This document shows positions 7,818-15,253 of a stretch of DNA of 15,636 nucleotides, one piece after another. The notes below the pieces were generated by a model that saw only the letters and a program-made list of their open reading frames with translations, ran no database searches and was not told the DNA's origin. Positions within the stretch are counted from its first letter, which is position 1. Each line of letters starts with the position of its first letter. Both the position numbers and the translations under genes were made by a program. Origin of the DNA: Candidatus Fraserbacteria bacterium (GTDB taxonomy: Bacteria; Bipolaricaulota; Bipolaricaulia; RBG-16-55-9). The stretch spans positions 69,529 to 85,164 of the forward strand of contig JBBIOR010000001.1 of the NCBI GenBank assembly GCA_037443265.1, written 5' to 3'.

Positions 7818-7829
7818 GATCACCTCCTT
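7818..7829 (-). promoter_or_regulatory. Extended SD (AAGGAGGTGATC) with no properly spaced start codon, in the SBP leader
   Basis: 12-nt perfect complement of the standard 16S 3' end, about 85 nt upstream of the SBP start; followed by ACCCGGAGAAGACG with no ATG/GTG/TTG. Confidence 0.5.
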
Positions 7830-7861
7830 GGCTTCTGTTTCTATTATGGGTTGTTTGGCTC

Positions 7862-7890
7862 ATTGTAAGCCCAGGGACGGGAGTTGTCAA
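7862..7890 (-). promoter_or_regulatory. Canonical sigma70-type promoter for the SBP gene
   Basis: The minus strand reads TTGACA-actcccgtccctgggct (17 nt)-TACAAT. Confidence 0.8.
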
Positions 7891-7943
7891 CTCGACCCCC
7901 CGGCCTTCCATCCGCTGAGCTGGAATGCTCATGAGCGAGTTCT

Positions 7944-7973
7944 ATTATCGAAGGTGACTTCGAAATTCTGACA
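7944..7973 (-). promoter_or_regulatory. Promoter-like motif TGTCAG-N18-GATAAT, copy 3 (upstream tandem promoter for the SBP)
   Basis: The minus strand reads tTGTCAG aatttcgaagtcaccttc GATAATag; the spacer region holds the inverted repeat TCGAAG-N4-CTTCGA. Confidence 0.6.
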
Positions 7974-8056
7974 AGGAAGCGAGGGAAAATCGCCCAGCGC
8001 TTGATCTACAGTGAGATATGGCGCTCTTGACTCCGTTCTTAGACCTTACCGGGGGC

Positions 8057-8086
8057 TTGACAGGCGACTCCGCTCTATACTATAGT
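8057..8086 (+). promoter_or_regulatory. Near-canonical sigma70-type promoter for the 8212 gene
   Basis: TTGACA (8057-8062)-N18-TATAGT (8081-8086). Confidence 0.65.
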
Positions 8087-8211
8087 AGCTTAAGCATCTT
8101 ACGGAGAAAACTGCACCCATGGAGGTGATGTCTCTCCGGCTAAAAAAATAAAAGCATCTACGCACGGAAACGAAACAAACATCGCACCCTAAGCAAAGGA
8201 GGTCATACGAG

Positions 8212-9420
8212 ATGCGACGGAAGGTGGTTGGACTGATAGGGCTTACCTTGGTGATCAGTTCTTTGATGTTTCTGTCGGGGGCGGCACAAGCGAACGTAGT
8301 TAAGGCGCTGCAGAATCCCTGTAGCGAATTCGATCCTAACGTGCGCAGCGCGGCTTCGGATGTCCGCTCCGCCCAGCTGATCGGATCACTGGATGTGAAG
8401 ACTTTGCGGGGCTTTGCTAAGGACGGGGCCAATGTCGAGTGCCGCCGTACCGGGCTCGATGCGCTGACCTCAGCCCTCTTCGAGTCCTCAAGAGGACTGG
8501 ACTTCGCCGGGCTGGGGGCACCAGTTGGGGGGCGCACGGCCCAAGCGTATCACGATTTTGCCGCCGGGACAGCGAGTCCTGAGCTGGGGTATGCCATCGC
8601 TCGGGCCGTCGTGCGCCAGGTGCGCAGTGGCTTTGCGATTGTGCCCGGTGGGGCTGCCGAAGCCTTCAACCGCATCCAGACCTGCTTGGACGGCAAGATC
8701 GTGACCAATCAGGGCAACCGCGTGGCCGGGGTGGCCCTCAACTGCGGCAGCGAGGTGATCCGCCGGGCCGTGGCCGATGAGATCGCCAAGGGGTTCTATC
8801 TGCAATTTGGCTCGCTGCCGGCCGTCAACTTCGGCTGCAATGAAATGCTCAATCAGGCCACAAGCGGCAAGACGGTCGAGGCCCGCTGGGCCGCTGCTCA
8901 GGCCTACGTCGAAGGCTGTGCGCCCAATTTGGCCGATCTGGCCCAAAACGGCGCTACTCGGGAGTTGAGATTCGCGGCGGTAGCCTCTCTGGCCACTCAG
9001 CTGGCCCGCACGGCAGGCGCCAGTGCGGCCAAATTATTAGGCGATGCGGTGAAGGCCCACAATGCTGGCACCGGCGAGCTCAGTCTGGCCAACGCGTGGG
9101 CCGCCGGCCTGCTGTTGGAGAAAGAAGTGAGCGCGGACCCGAAAAACTGCGCGCCTGTCACCACCAAGACGGCCCTGCCCTTACCTCCCACAGGCACGAG
9201 CACGACCCAGGAGCTACTCAAGTTCTCCTTAAGCTGGGCCTTCTTCTCGCCCGTCGGTGCCGCCGCCATCGCCCCCTTGGCCCGCTACAATGTCTCTAAA
9301 GTCGGCTTCAGCGGGCCCGAATGCCAGCTCCAAGCCAGCGCGGAAAAGCTCCGCCTGACGATTGCCCAGCAGGTGCCGGGGGCCAAGCTTCCGCTCCTAA
9401 GCAACGTGACGACGCTGTAA
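8212..9420 (+). CDS. Secreted Ala-rich hypothetical protein with degenerate HEAT/PBS-lyase-like helical repeats (402 aa)
   Basis: RBS AAAGGAGGT at 8195-8203. Signal peptide ending AQA. Recurrent units DPNVRSAAS, SPELGYAIA, SEVIRRAVA, TVEARWAAA, TRELRFAAV, TGELSLANA. 8 Cys. Confidence 0.7.
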   Translation: MRRKVVGLIGLTLVISSLMFLSGAAQANVVKALQNPCSEFDPNVRSAASDVRSAQLIGSLDVKTLRGFAKDGANVECRRTGLDALTSALFESSRGLDFAGLGAPVGGRTAQAYHDFAAGTASPELGYAIARAVVRQVRSGFAIVPGGAAEAFNRIQTCLDGKIVTNQGNRVAGVALNCGSEVIRRAVADEIAKGFYLQFGSLPAVNFGCNEMLNQATSGKTVEARWAAAQAYVEGCAPNLADLAQNGATRELRFAAVASLATQLARTAGASAAKLLGDAVKAHNAGTGELSLANAWAAGLLLEKEVSADPKNCAPVTTKTALPLPPTGTSTTQELLKFSLSWAFFSPVGAAAIAPLARYNVSKVGFSGPECQLQASAEKLRLTIAQQVPGAKLPLLSNVTTL

Positions 9421-9441
9421 GGCCTCGTTAAGCCGAGTCAC

Positions 9442-9499
9442 GACCGGCCGGCTCCTCAGCCGCAGTCAGTGAGTGCATAGCCGGCCGGTCTTCATTTTT
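9442..9499 (+). terminator. Probable intrinsic terminator with a large loop
   Basis: 12-bp perfect arms GACCGGCCGGCT (9442-9453) and AGCCGGCCGGTC (9479-9490), 25-nt loop, followed by TTCATTTTT. Confidence 0.65.
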
Positions 9500-9508
9500 C
9501 ATCGGCCC

Positions 9509-9538
9509 TGTCAGCAGCCGTCTCCTCTCGTGTATAAT
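9509..9538 (+). promoter_or_regulatory. Promoter-like motif TGTCAG-N18-TATAAT, copy 4
   Basis: cTGTCAG cagccgtctcctctcgtg TATAATac, just after the terminator and 45 nt before the ATG at 9584. Confidence 0.7.
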
Positions 9539-9583
9539 ACTGAATCGGACTTTGGGCCTAAAGAACACGGGAGGGAGCGGCAG

Positions 9584-12301
9584 ATGCCTATGAAACACCA
9601 CCGCCAAAGAATCCTTTGGGGGGTGGGAGCGGTCGCCTTAGTGGCTGTGGCTTTGTGGTCCGGAGCTACGCTGCTGGAACGAGGCAGCCGGTTGCCTACC
9701 GATACGGTGCTTTTGGTAAATGGAGAGCCGGTTGGCCAATCGGCTCTGGATGCAGCCTTTTGGGATCTCTTGCAGGCCTACCGGAAGATCTATGTGCAAG
9801 GTGGCGGCGACTTCGAGGAGTTGATCAGCGGTCCGGCGGGCGCGTATTATCAACTCCAGGTCAGATATCAAGCCGCGCAACAGCTCATCGACCAAGCTCT
9901 GATCCGTCAAGAGGCCCGGCGGCGAGGTCTATGGCCCCTCTCTCAAGATCTAGTGGAAAGCACCTTTCAGGAGCGCTATCAGAAGTTTCTCGAGGGTAAC
10001 GGCATGACGGAAGCGGATCTTTTAGCCCTCTTCCAAGACCCTGAGAAGAAGCGCTGGACCCAAAGGCTCCTGGGCCTGCGAGACGAGAGCGTTGAGGCCC
10101 TTAAGACGCGCCTGCGCCGCGAGGTCGAGCGGGATCTCAGCCACACGGCCCTCGCCCAAGCACTGCTCGGTCCGGACATCTCCCCCAGTTCGGACGAGGG
10201 CCAAGAACGCCTCCAGCAATGGCTGGCTGAACGCCGCGAAGGGAGCCAGATCGTCTACGTCGAGCCGCTGCTGAGAGCCCATCACCTGGAGAAGCGCGTC
10301 GAGCAAGGCCAGACCCTAGAAGAGCGCTTGCGCTCTCTCGACGAGGCCATTGCCGCCTATGAAGAGATCCAGAAGAAGGGGCTCTCCTCCGACCCGAATC
10401 TCTCATATTATCTGGCCCAGCTTTACAATCTCAAAGTCAATTGGAGCTTGGAGCAAGAGCGGCAGCTGGAGGAAGAAGCGTCGGCAAACCCCAAGAACTC
10501 CGAGAAGATCACCCAGCTGCGGCAAGAGATCGCGCGCAATCGGGAGAAGGCCACCCAATTCTTCCTCTCCGCCAGCGACAGCGCCCTGGAGAACGAGCGC
10601 CAGCTCCAGACGCTGCTCATGGCCGACGCCGCCAATCCTTTCTATTATTATCTGTACGCACGCTTTCTCATGACTCAAGGCCAAGAGATCGAACTGGTTC
10701 GGGCGCTGCGCCTGCTCAAGAGGGCCATCGAACTGGACCCCGAATACGCCGATGCCTACACCCTGCTGGGGGATCTCGATATGACCCGCGAGCACTTCCA
10801 GGAGGCCATCTATTACTACAACCAAGCTCTGCCTCTAGCCCGCAAGCTGCTTTCGAGCGACCAGCAGCTCAAAGCCCGGGAGAGTCGACCGCCAGTCGTT
10901 CAGAGGAAGCTGGCGGAAGCCTACCTCGGCCTGGCCCGCCAGCTGGAGCCATCGGCCCAGCCTGACTCCCAAAAGAGGCGCAACGAGGCCCTCTCTCAAG
11001 CGAGCCGGCTGCTCCAGGAGTTACTAGATCAGATCAGCCCTCAAGATCCAGACTATCCCATCCTCCTAGCCGATCTGGGCGATCTAGAGATGCGGCAGGG
11101 CCGGTACCAGGCCGCCCAGGCCCGTTATCTCCAATCCTTGGAGGCAAAGGAAGACCCCCAGGTACAAGTCAAGCTGGGTCAGGCCTACCGGCAAGCGGGG
11201 CAGCTTCCAGAGGCCCAGCAGGTCTTCCAGAGTGTGCTCAGTAGCCATCCGAACTGGGCTCCGGCCCGCCGAGGCCTGGCCGAGATCTACCGGGACAGCG
11301 GCGACCCCAAGAAGGCCATGGCGGAATACAAAGAGGCCTTCCAGGACGCAGAGGCGCTCGATTATCGCGAGAGGCGCCAGATCGCCCTGGACGCGCTCGC
11401 GCTCGATCCCCACGACGTCGAGATGATCCTCCTGCTGGCCGACTTCTACCGGGAGCGGTACGTGCTGGAAGGGGCCCTCGAGCAGTATCAGGCCGCCCTC
11501 AAGCTCGACCCAACTTCTATAAGGGCCTATGTGGGCTTGGGGAGAGTCTTCCTGGCCCGCTATCAATACGCCGAGGCCCTGAAGTATTTCCAGAAGGCCC
11601 TAGAGCAGAAGCCCTCTCCTGAGGAGCAGCTCGATATTTACTATTCCATCTGGAAGGCCGAACAGGGGGCAGCCGGTCCGGGTCGCCCCGTGGGCGAAGC
11701 GGGCCAGAACGCCCTCTGGCAGCTGGCCCAGCTCTATGTGCAAGCCGGCCGGCTCCCCGAGAGCCGCTGGGTGCTTAAGGAGCTTAAGCAGCGCTACCCG
11801 GCGTATCGCACTGAGGAGGTGGCCCAACTGGAGCGGCAGCTCCTCCGCCTGCTCGGCGATGATCTGCCCGGAAGGGCGCTGCCCGACCAGGGGCATCAGA
11901 TCATCGCGCCCGGGCAGCCACACCCGCCCTACAACTCGACCCCTCCCACCTCCGGCTGGCACTACGCCATCCCCGCGGAGTGGGGCCTCCATGACACCCC
12001 GATTCCCGACGAGGTCCAGCTGCGCAACCTGGCCGCCGGCGGGGTGCTCATCCAGTATCCACCTACCCTCGCCCCAGAGATCCTGGAGACATTGCGAAAC
12101 TTCGTGATCGATCTGCGCAAAGATCCCAAATACTGCCGGCTGATCTTAGCGCCCTATGCCGCCTTGGATCACGCCCTCGTGCTCAGCGCCTGGAATCGCC
12201 TGGATGAGCTGGAGAACTTCGATAAGGAGCGCATCATGCGCTTTATCGAGGCCTTCATCGGCCGGGGCCCTGAGGTGAGGGAAGTAAGCTGCCCACGCTG
12301 A
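9584..12301 (+). CDS. Membrane-anchored SurA/PrsA N-terminal-like domain + TPR repeats + C-terminal DUF3105-like domain (about 905 aa)
   Basis: GGGAGGGAG before ATG 9584 (alternative ATG at 9590). TM segment ILWGVGAVALVAVALW. SurA_N-like VNGEPV...QLIDQALIRQEARRRGL. Many TPR motifs (LKRAIELDPEYADAYTLLG; YQAALKLDPTSIRAYVGLG). DUF3105-like YNSTPPTSGWHY...WG...LILAPY...LSAW. Confidence 0.85.
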   Translation: MPMKHHRQRILWGVGAVALVAVALWSGATLLERGSRLPTDTVLLVNGEPVGQSALDAAFWDLLQAYRKIYVQGGGDFEELISGPAGAYYQLQVRYQAAQQLIDQALIRQEARRRGLWPLSQDLVESTFQERYQKFLEGNGMTEADLLALFQDPEKKRWTQRLLGLRDESVEALKTRLRREVERDLSHTALAQALLGPDISPSSDEGQERLQQWLAERREGSQIVYVEPLLRAHHLEKRVEQGQTLEERLRSLDEAIAAYEEIQKKGLSSDPNLSYYLAQLYNLKVNWSLEQERQLEEEASANPKNSEKITQLRQEIARNREKATQFFLSASDSALENERQLQTLLMADAANPFYYYLYARFLMTQGQEIELVRALRLLKRAIELDPEYADAYTLLGDLDMTREHFQEAIYYYNQALPLARKLLSSDQQLKARESRPPVVQRKLAEAYLGLARQLEPSAQPDSQKRRNEALSQASRLLQELLDQISPQDPDYPILLADLGDLEMRQGRYQAAQARYLQSLEAKEDPQVQVKLGQAYRQAGQLPEAQQVFQSVLSSHPNWAPARRGLAEIYRDSGDPKKAMAEYKEAFQDAEALDYRERRQIALDALALDPHDVEMILLLADFYRERYVLEGALEQYQAALKLDPTSIRAYVGLGRVFLARYQYAEALKYFQKALEQKPSPEEQLDIYYSIWKAEQGAAGPGRPVGEAGQNALWQLAQLYVQAGRLPESRWVLKELKQRYPAYRTEEVAQLERQLLRLLGDDLPGRALPDQGHQIIAPGQPHPPYNSTPPTSGWHYAIPAEWGLHDTPIPDEVQLRNLAAGGVLIQYPPTLAPEILETLRNFVIDLRKDPKYCRLILAPYAALDHALVLSAWNRLDELENFDKERIMRFIEAFIGRGPEVREVSCPR

Positions 12302-13027
12302 TTAGCTTATGATCAGATCCGGATCACCGTCGTCGTCCAGATCGATAAAAACCTCGCCAGGACGCCTACTCAGATCCTCAAGGAGGATCTCATCGTCCCC
12401 ATCACTGTCAATATCGTTTAGGCCACGGAAAGCTCCAATGGCCGCGGTAGCCTCGGCATTGAGCACCCCAACCCAGATCACCCGGTAAGAGCCGAAGGAG
12501 TCGGCCAGAAATTCTCCCAAAGACCGGGCCTTGTCCATCACGATGATCTCTAGAAGTCCATCCCCATCGACGTCGGCAAAGCCCACGATCTCCCCATTCT
12601 CTTGAGGCTCAAGGCGGCCATCGCCGTTGAGATCTCGGCCCTGGGTGCCTATCCATAAGACCTCAGGATCTCCATCACTGTCAGCATCCACGTTGCGAAC
12701 GCGCCCCACTTCCAGAGTCGGGTCCGAGACGACCAGCTCCGCTTCCGGCTGGCCATCGAACTCCCAGAAACCGAAGAGCGTCCCTCCTCCCTTGACTCCC
12801 AACACCAGAAGATCGAAGTCCCCGTCCTCATCTTGATCCCGGATGCGGATCTGGCCAGGGTCCAGATCCGAAGTGACGCAGTAGATCTCAAGGTCCATCT
12901 CAGAGAGATCGTTATCGAGTTGGGCCTCTCCGCAGGAGGGGTCCTCTTGAGCAGAAGCTCCGCCGCTGCCCATGATCCACAACAGGGCGGAAAGTAAGAG
13001 CACCGTCTGTCTTGTCCCGTGTGCCAT
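12302..13027 (-). CDS. Secreted acidic protein with repeated DxDxDG (FG-GAP/VCBS-like) calcium-binding motifs (241 aa)
   Basis: AGGAGGT upstream; signal peptide ending ASA. Motifs DQDEDGDFD, DADSDGDPE, DLNGDGRLE, DVDGDGLLE, DIDSDGDDE, DLDDDGDPD. Confidence 0.75.
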   Translation of the reverse strand: MAHGTRQTVLLLSALLWIMGSGGASAQEDPSCGEAQLDNDLSEMDLEIYCVTSDLDPGQIRIRDQDEDGDFDLLVLGVKGGGTLFGFWEFDGQPEAELVVSDPTLEVGRVRNVDADSDGDPEVLWIGTQGRDLNGDGRLEPQENGEIVGFADVDGDGLLEIIVMDKARSLGEFLADSFGSYRVIWVGVLNAEATAAIGAFRGLNDIDSDGDDEILLEDLSRRPGEVFIDLDDDGDPDLIIS

Positions 13028-13060
13028 CGGCTAAGTTACCTCCTGGGGATGTGCTTTGTT

Positions 13061-14221
13061 TTACCCGCGCCCCTGGGAATAGGGGTCGACCGCATCGCGC
13101 AACGCATCGCCCATGAAATTGAACGCCAGCACGGAGACAATGATAAAGAATCCTGGGATGAGCAGCCACCAGTGCTTGGAGAGGGCAAAGATGTTGTTGG
13201 CCGCGTTCAGCAGCAGCCCCCAGCTGGTGGCTGGCTCATGAATCCCCAAGCCCAAGAAGCTTAAGCCCGCCTCGGCCAGGATCAGCCCAGGGATGGTGAG
13301 CGTAGAGGCCACGATCAGATAGCTCATGGTATTGGGCAGGAGGTGGCGGAAGATGATGCGTCCGCTGCTGGCTCCCATCGCCCGGGCCGCCAGGACGTAC
13401 TCTTGTTCTCGCAGGGCGAGAAACTGCCCGCGCAGCACGCGGGCGATGCCCGTCCAGCCGGTCACAGACAGGATGAGCACGATCCCCAAAAAGCGCATCT
13501 CCTCCGAAATGCCCCGGGGCAGAATGGTGGCCAGCACCAGAAGCAGGGGCAAGACGGGATAGGACTGCAGCACCTCGATGATGCGCTGAATGGCCAGATC
13601 CACCCAGCCGCCCCAGTACCCCGAGAGCCCTCCGAAGAGAATCCCCAAAAACAGAATTAACACGAGCGAGAGCGGCCCCACCGCCAGCGAGACTCGCCCT
13701 CCCATAAGCGTGCGCGTGAAGAGATCCCGCCCGAAGCGGTCCGCGCCAAACAGAAAGATCTGGCCGGGGGAATCCGGCGGCTCGCCCGTCCCAAAGAGAT
13801 GAATCTCCGTGGGAAAGAGCCCTAAGAATCTATAGGGATCTCCCCGCACGAAGAAGCGAATGGGATAGATGCGACTCCTCTCTTCCTGGAAGATCGGCTC
13901 GCCAGTCTCCGGATCGAAGCGGCGAAGGGTGCCGTAGACGAACGGCCCGACAAAGCGCCCCTCATGGAAGAGATGAATCGGCGTCGGGGGTGCAAACCCC
14001 AGCTGCGGATGGAACTGATCTGCACGATACGGTCCGATGAAATCCGCGAAGATCGTTACAAACGCCAAGAGCAGGATGAGGAGGCTGCCCAGCACGCCCA
14101 GCCGATGGCGCTTGAAGCGGCGCCAGATGAGCTGGCCGGGCGCAAGCAGCGGCTTCTCGCCGATCTCAGGCTCAACTGGAGTTCGGCGCGGCTTCCGCTC
14201 CGCCAGGACCCGTTCAGTCAT
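13061..14221 (-). CDS. oppC: Opp/Dpp-family ABC permease, OppC/DppC-like, second copy (386 aa)
   Basis: IWRRFKRHRLG, FLFGADRFGRDLFTR, EYVLAARAMGASSGRIIFRHLLPN, FNFMGDALRDAVDP. ATGACTGA overlap with the oppB stop. Confidence 0.93.
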   Translation of the reverse strand: MTERVLAERKPRRTPVEPEIGEKPLLAPGQLIWRRFKRHRLGVLGSLLILLLAFVTIFADFIGPYRADQFHPQLGFAPPTPIHLFHEGRFVGPFVYGTLRRFDPETGEPIFQEERSRIYPIRFFVRGDPYRFLGLFPTEIHLFGTGEPPDSPGQIFLFGADRFGRDLFTRTLMGGRVSLAVGPLSLVLILFLGILFGGLSGYWGGWVDLAIQRIIEVLQSYPVLPLLLVLATILPRGISEEMRFLGIVLILSVTGWTGIARVLRGQFLALREQEYVLAARAMGASSGRIIFRHLLPNTMSYLIVASTLTIPGLILAEAGLSFLGLGIHEPATSWGLLLNAANNIFALSKHWWLLIPGFFIIVSVLAFNFMGDALRDAVDPYSQGRG

Positions 14222-15209
14222 AGCGCACCCTGGGATCTACCCAGGCTAAAAGGATATCCGCGATGAGATTGCCCACGAGCAAAAAGAGCGCGAAGAACGT
14301 GAGTGCCGTCACCACCACATACTCATCCGGGGGCTGGAGCGACTGGAAATAAAAGATCTCCAGATTGGGCATGTTGAGCACTTGAGCCGCCAAGAGAGAG
14401 CCGGTGACGAAATTCGGCAGCGACTGGCCGAAGATGGAGATCATCGGGTTGATGGCATTGCGCACCGCGTGCTTGTAGATGACCACCCGCTCGGCCAAGC
14501 CCTTAGCCCGCGCAGTCTGGACGTAGTTGGAGCCCAGGATGTCGAGGAGCTGGCCCCGCATCACGCGCATCAACCCCGCAATGCCCGAGGCCCCAATTAC
14601 GAGCACCGCCGGCCAAAGATGCGCCAAATAATCGAAAAACTTGGCCCAGCTCCAGTGCCACGGCCAAGGAGACCCCGCAATATACTGCTGTGAGAAGATC
14701 CCTCCCACCGCCGGATACCCCAGGTTCGTCAGCACGAAAAGGAGCACCAGCGCGCTGAAGAACGTCGGGATGGAGAGCCCAATGAAGCCTAGGAGCGTCA
14801 AGCTATGATCGCCGATCGAGTATTGATGCGTAGCCGAATAGATTCCCAAAGGGATGGCCACCAGCCACACGAACACAAACGTGGGGAGGGTGATCAGCAG
14901 CGTGATCGGCAGATACTGCAGGATGAGATCGCCCACCGGCTGACGCTTCTCGAAGGAATAGCCGAAGTCCCAACGCGTGACGATTCCCTCCAGCCATTTG
15001 AGATAGCGCACGTACCAGGGCTGATCAAGCCCCAAGTTCTTGGCGTAGCGTTCGATCGTCTCCGGGCTGACGCGCGGGTTGAGCTTGAGCTGCGACACGA
15101 AGTCTCCGTTGAAGTACTCTTGCAGCGCGATGATGGCGAAGCTCACCAGCGAAACCAGAACGAGCGTGGGGATGATCAGCAAGATCCTACGGATGATGTA
15201 ACTCAGCAC
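14214..15209 (-). CDS. oppB: Opp/Dpp-family ABC permease, OppB/DppB-like, second copy (331 aa)
   Basis: YIIRRILLIIPT, LGLDQPWYVRY, DFGYS, YVQTARAKGLAERVVIYKHAVRNA, DPRVRYD. AAAGGAG before GTG. Confidence 0.93.
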   Translation of the reverse strand: MLSYIIRRILLIIPTLVLVSLVSFAIIALQEYFNGDFVSQLKLNPRVSPETIERYAKNLGLDQPWYVRYLKWLEGIVTRWDFGYSFEKRQPVGDLILQYLPITLLITLPTFVFVWLVAIPLGIYSATHQYSIGDHSLTLLGFIGLSIPTFFSALVLLFVLTNLGYPAVGGIFSQQYIAGSPWPWHWSWAKFFDYLAHLWPAVLVIGASGIAGLMRVMRGQLLDILGSNYVQTARAKGLAERVVIYKHAVRNAINPMISIFGQSLPNFVTGSLLAAQVLNMPNLEIFYFQSLQPPDEYVVVTALTFFALFLLVGNLIADILLAWVDPRVRYD

Positions 15210-15216
15210 ATCGCTC

Positions 15217-15253
15217 CTTTCTTTTCTTTTCTTTTCTTTTCTTTTCTTTTCTT
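15217..15253. repeat. Pentanucleotide simple sequence repeat (CTTTT)6 with partial flanking units
   Basis: Six exact CTTTT units at 15221-15250, preceded by CTTT and followed by CTT. Confidence 0.95.

Noticed and set aside
7818..7829. GATCACCTCCTT as a 16S rRNA 3' end
   Set aside because: Only 12 nt match and the flanks have no rRNA sequence; it is better read as an SD on the minus strand.
9473..9583. GTG start at 9473 for the TPR gene
   Set aside because: It lies within the terminator hairpin and upstream of the promoter motif; the RBS and TM anchor fit ATG 9584.
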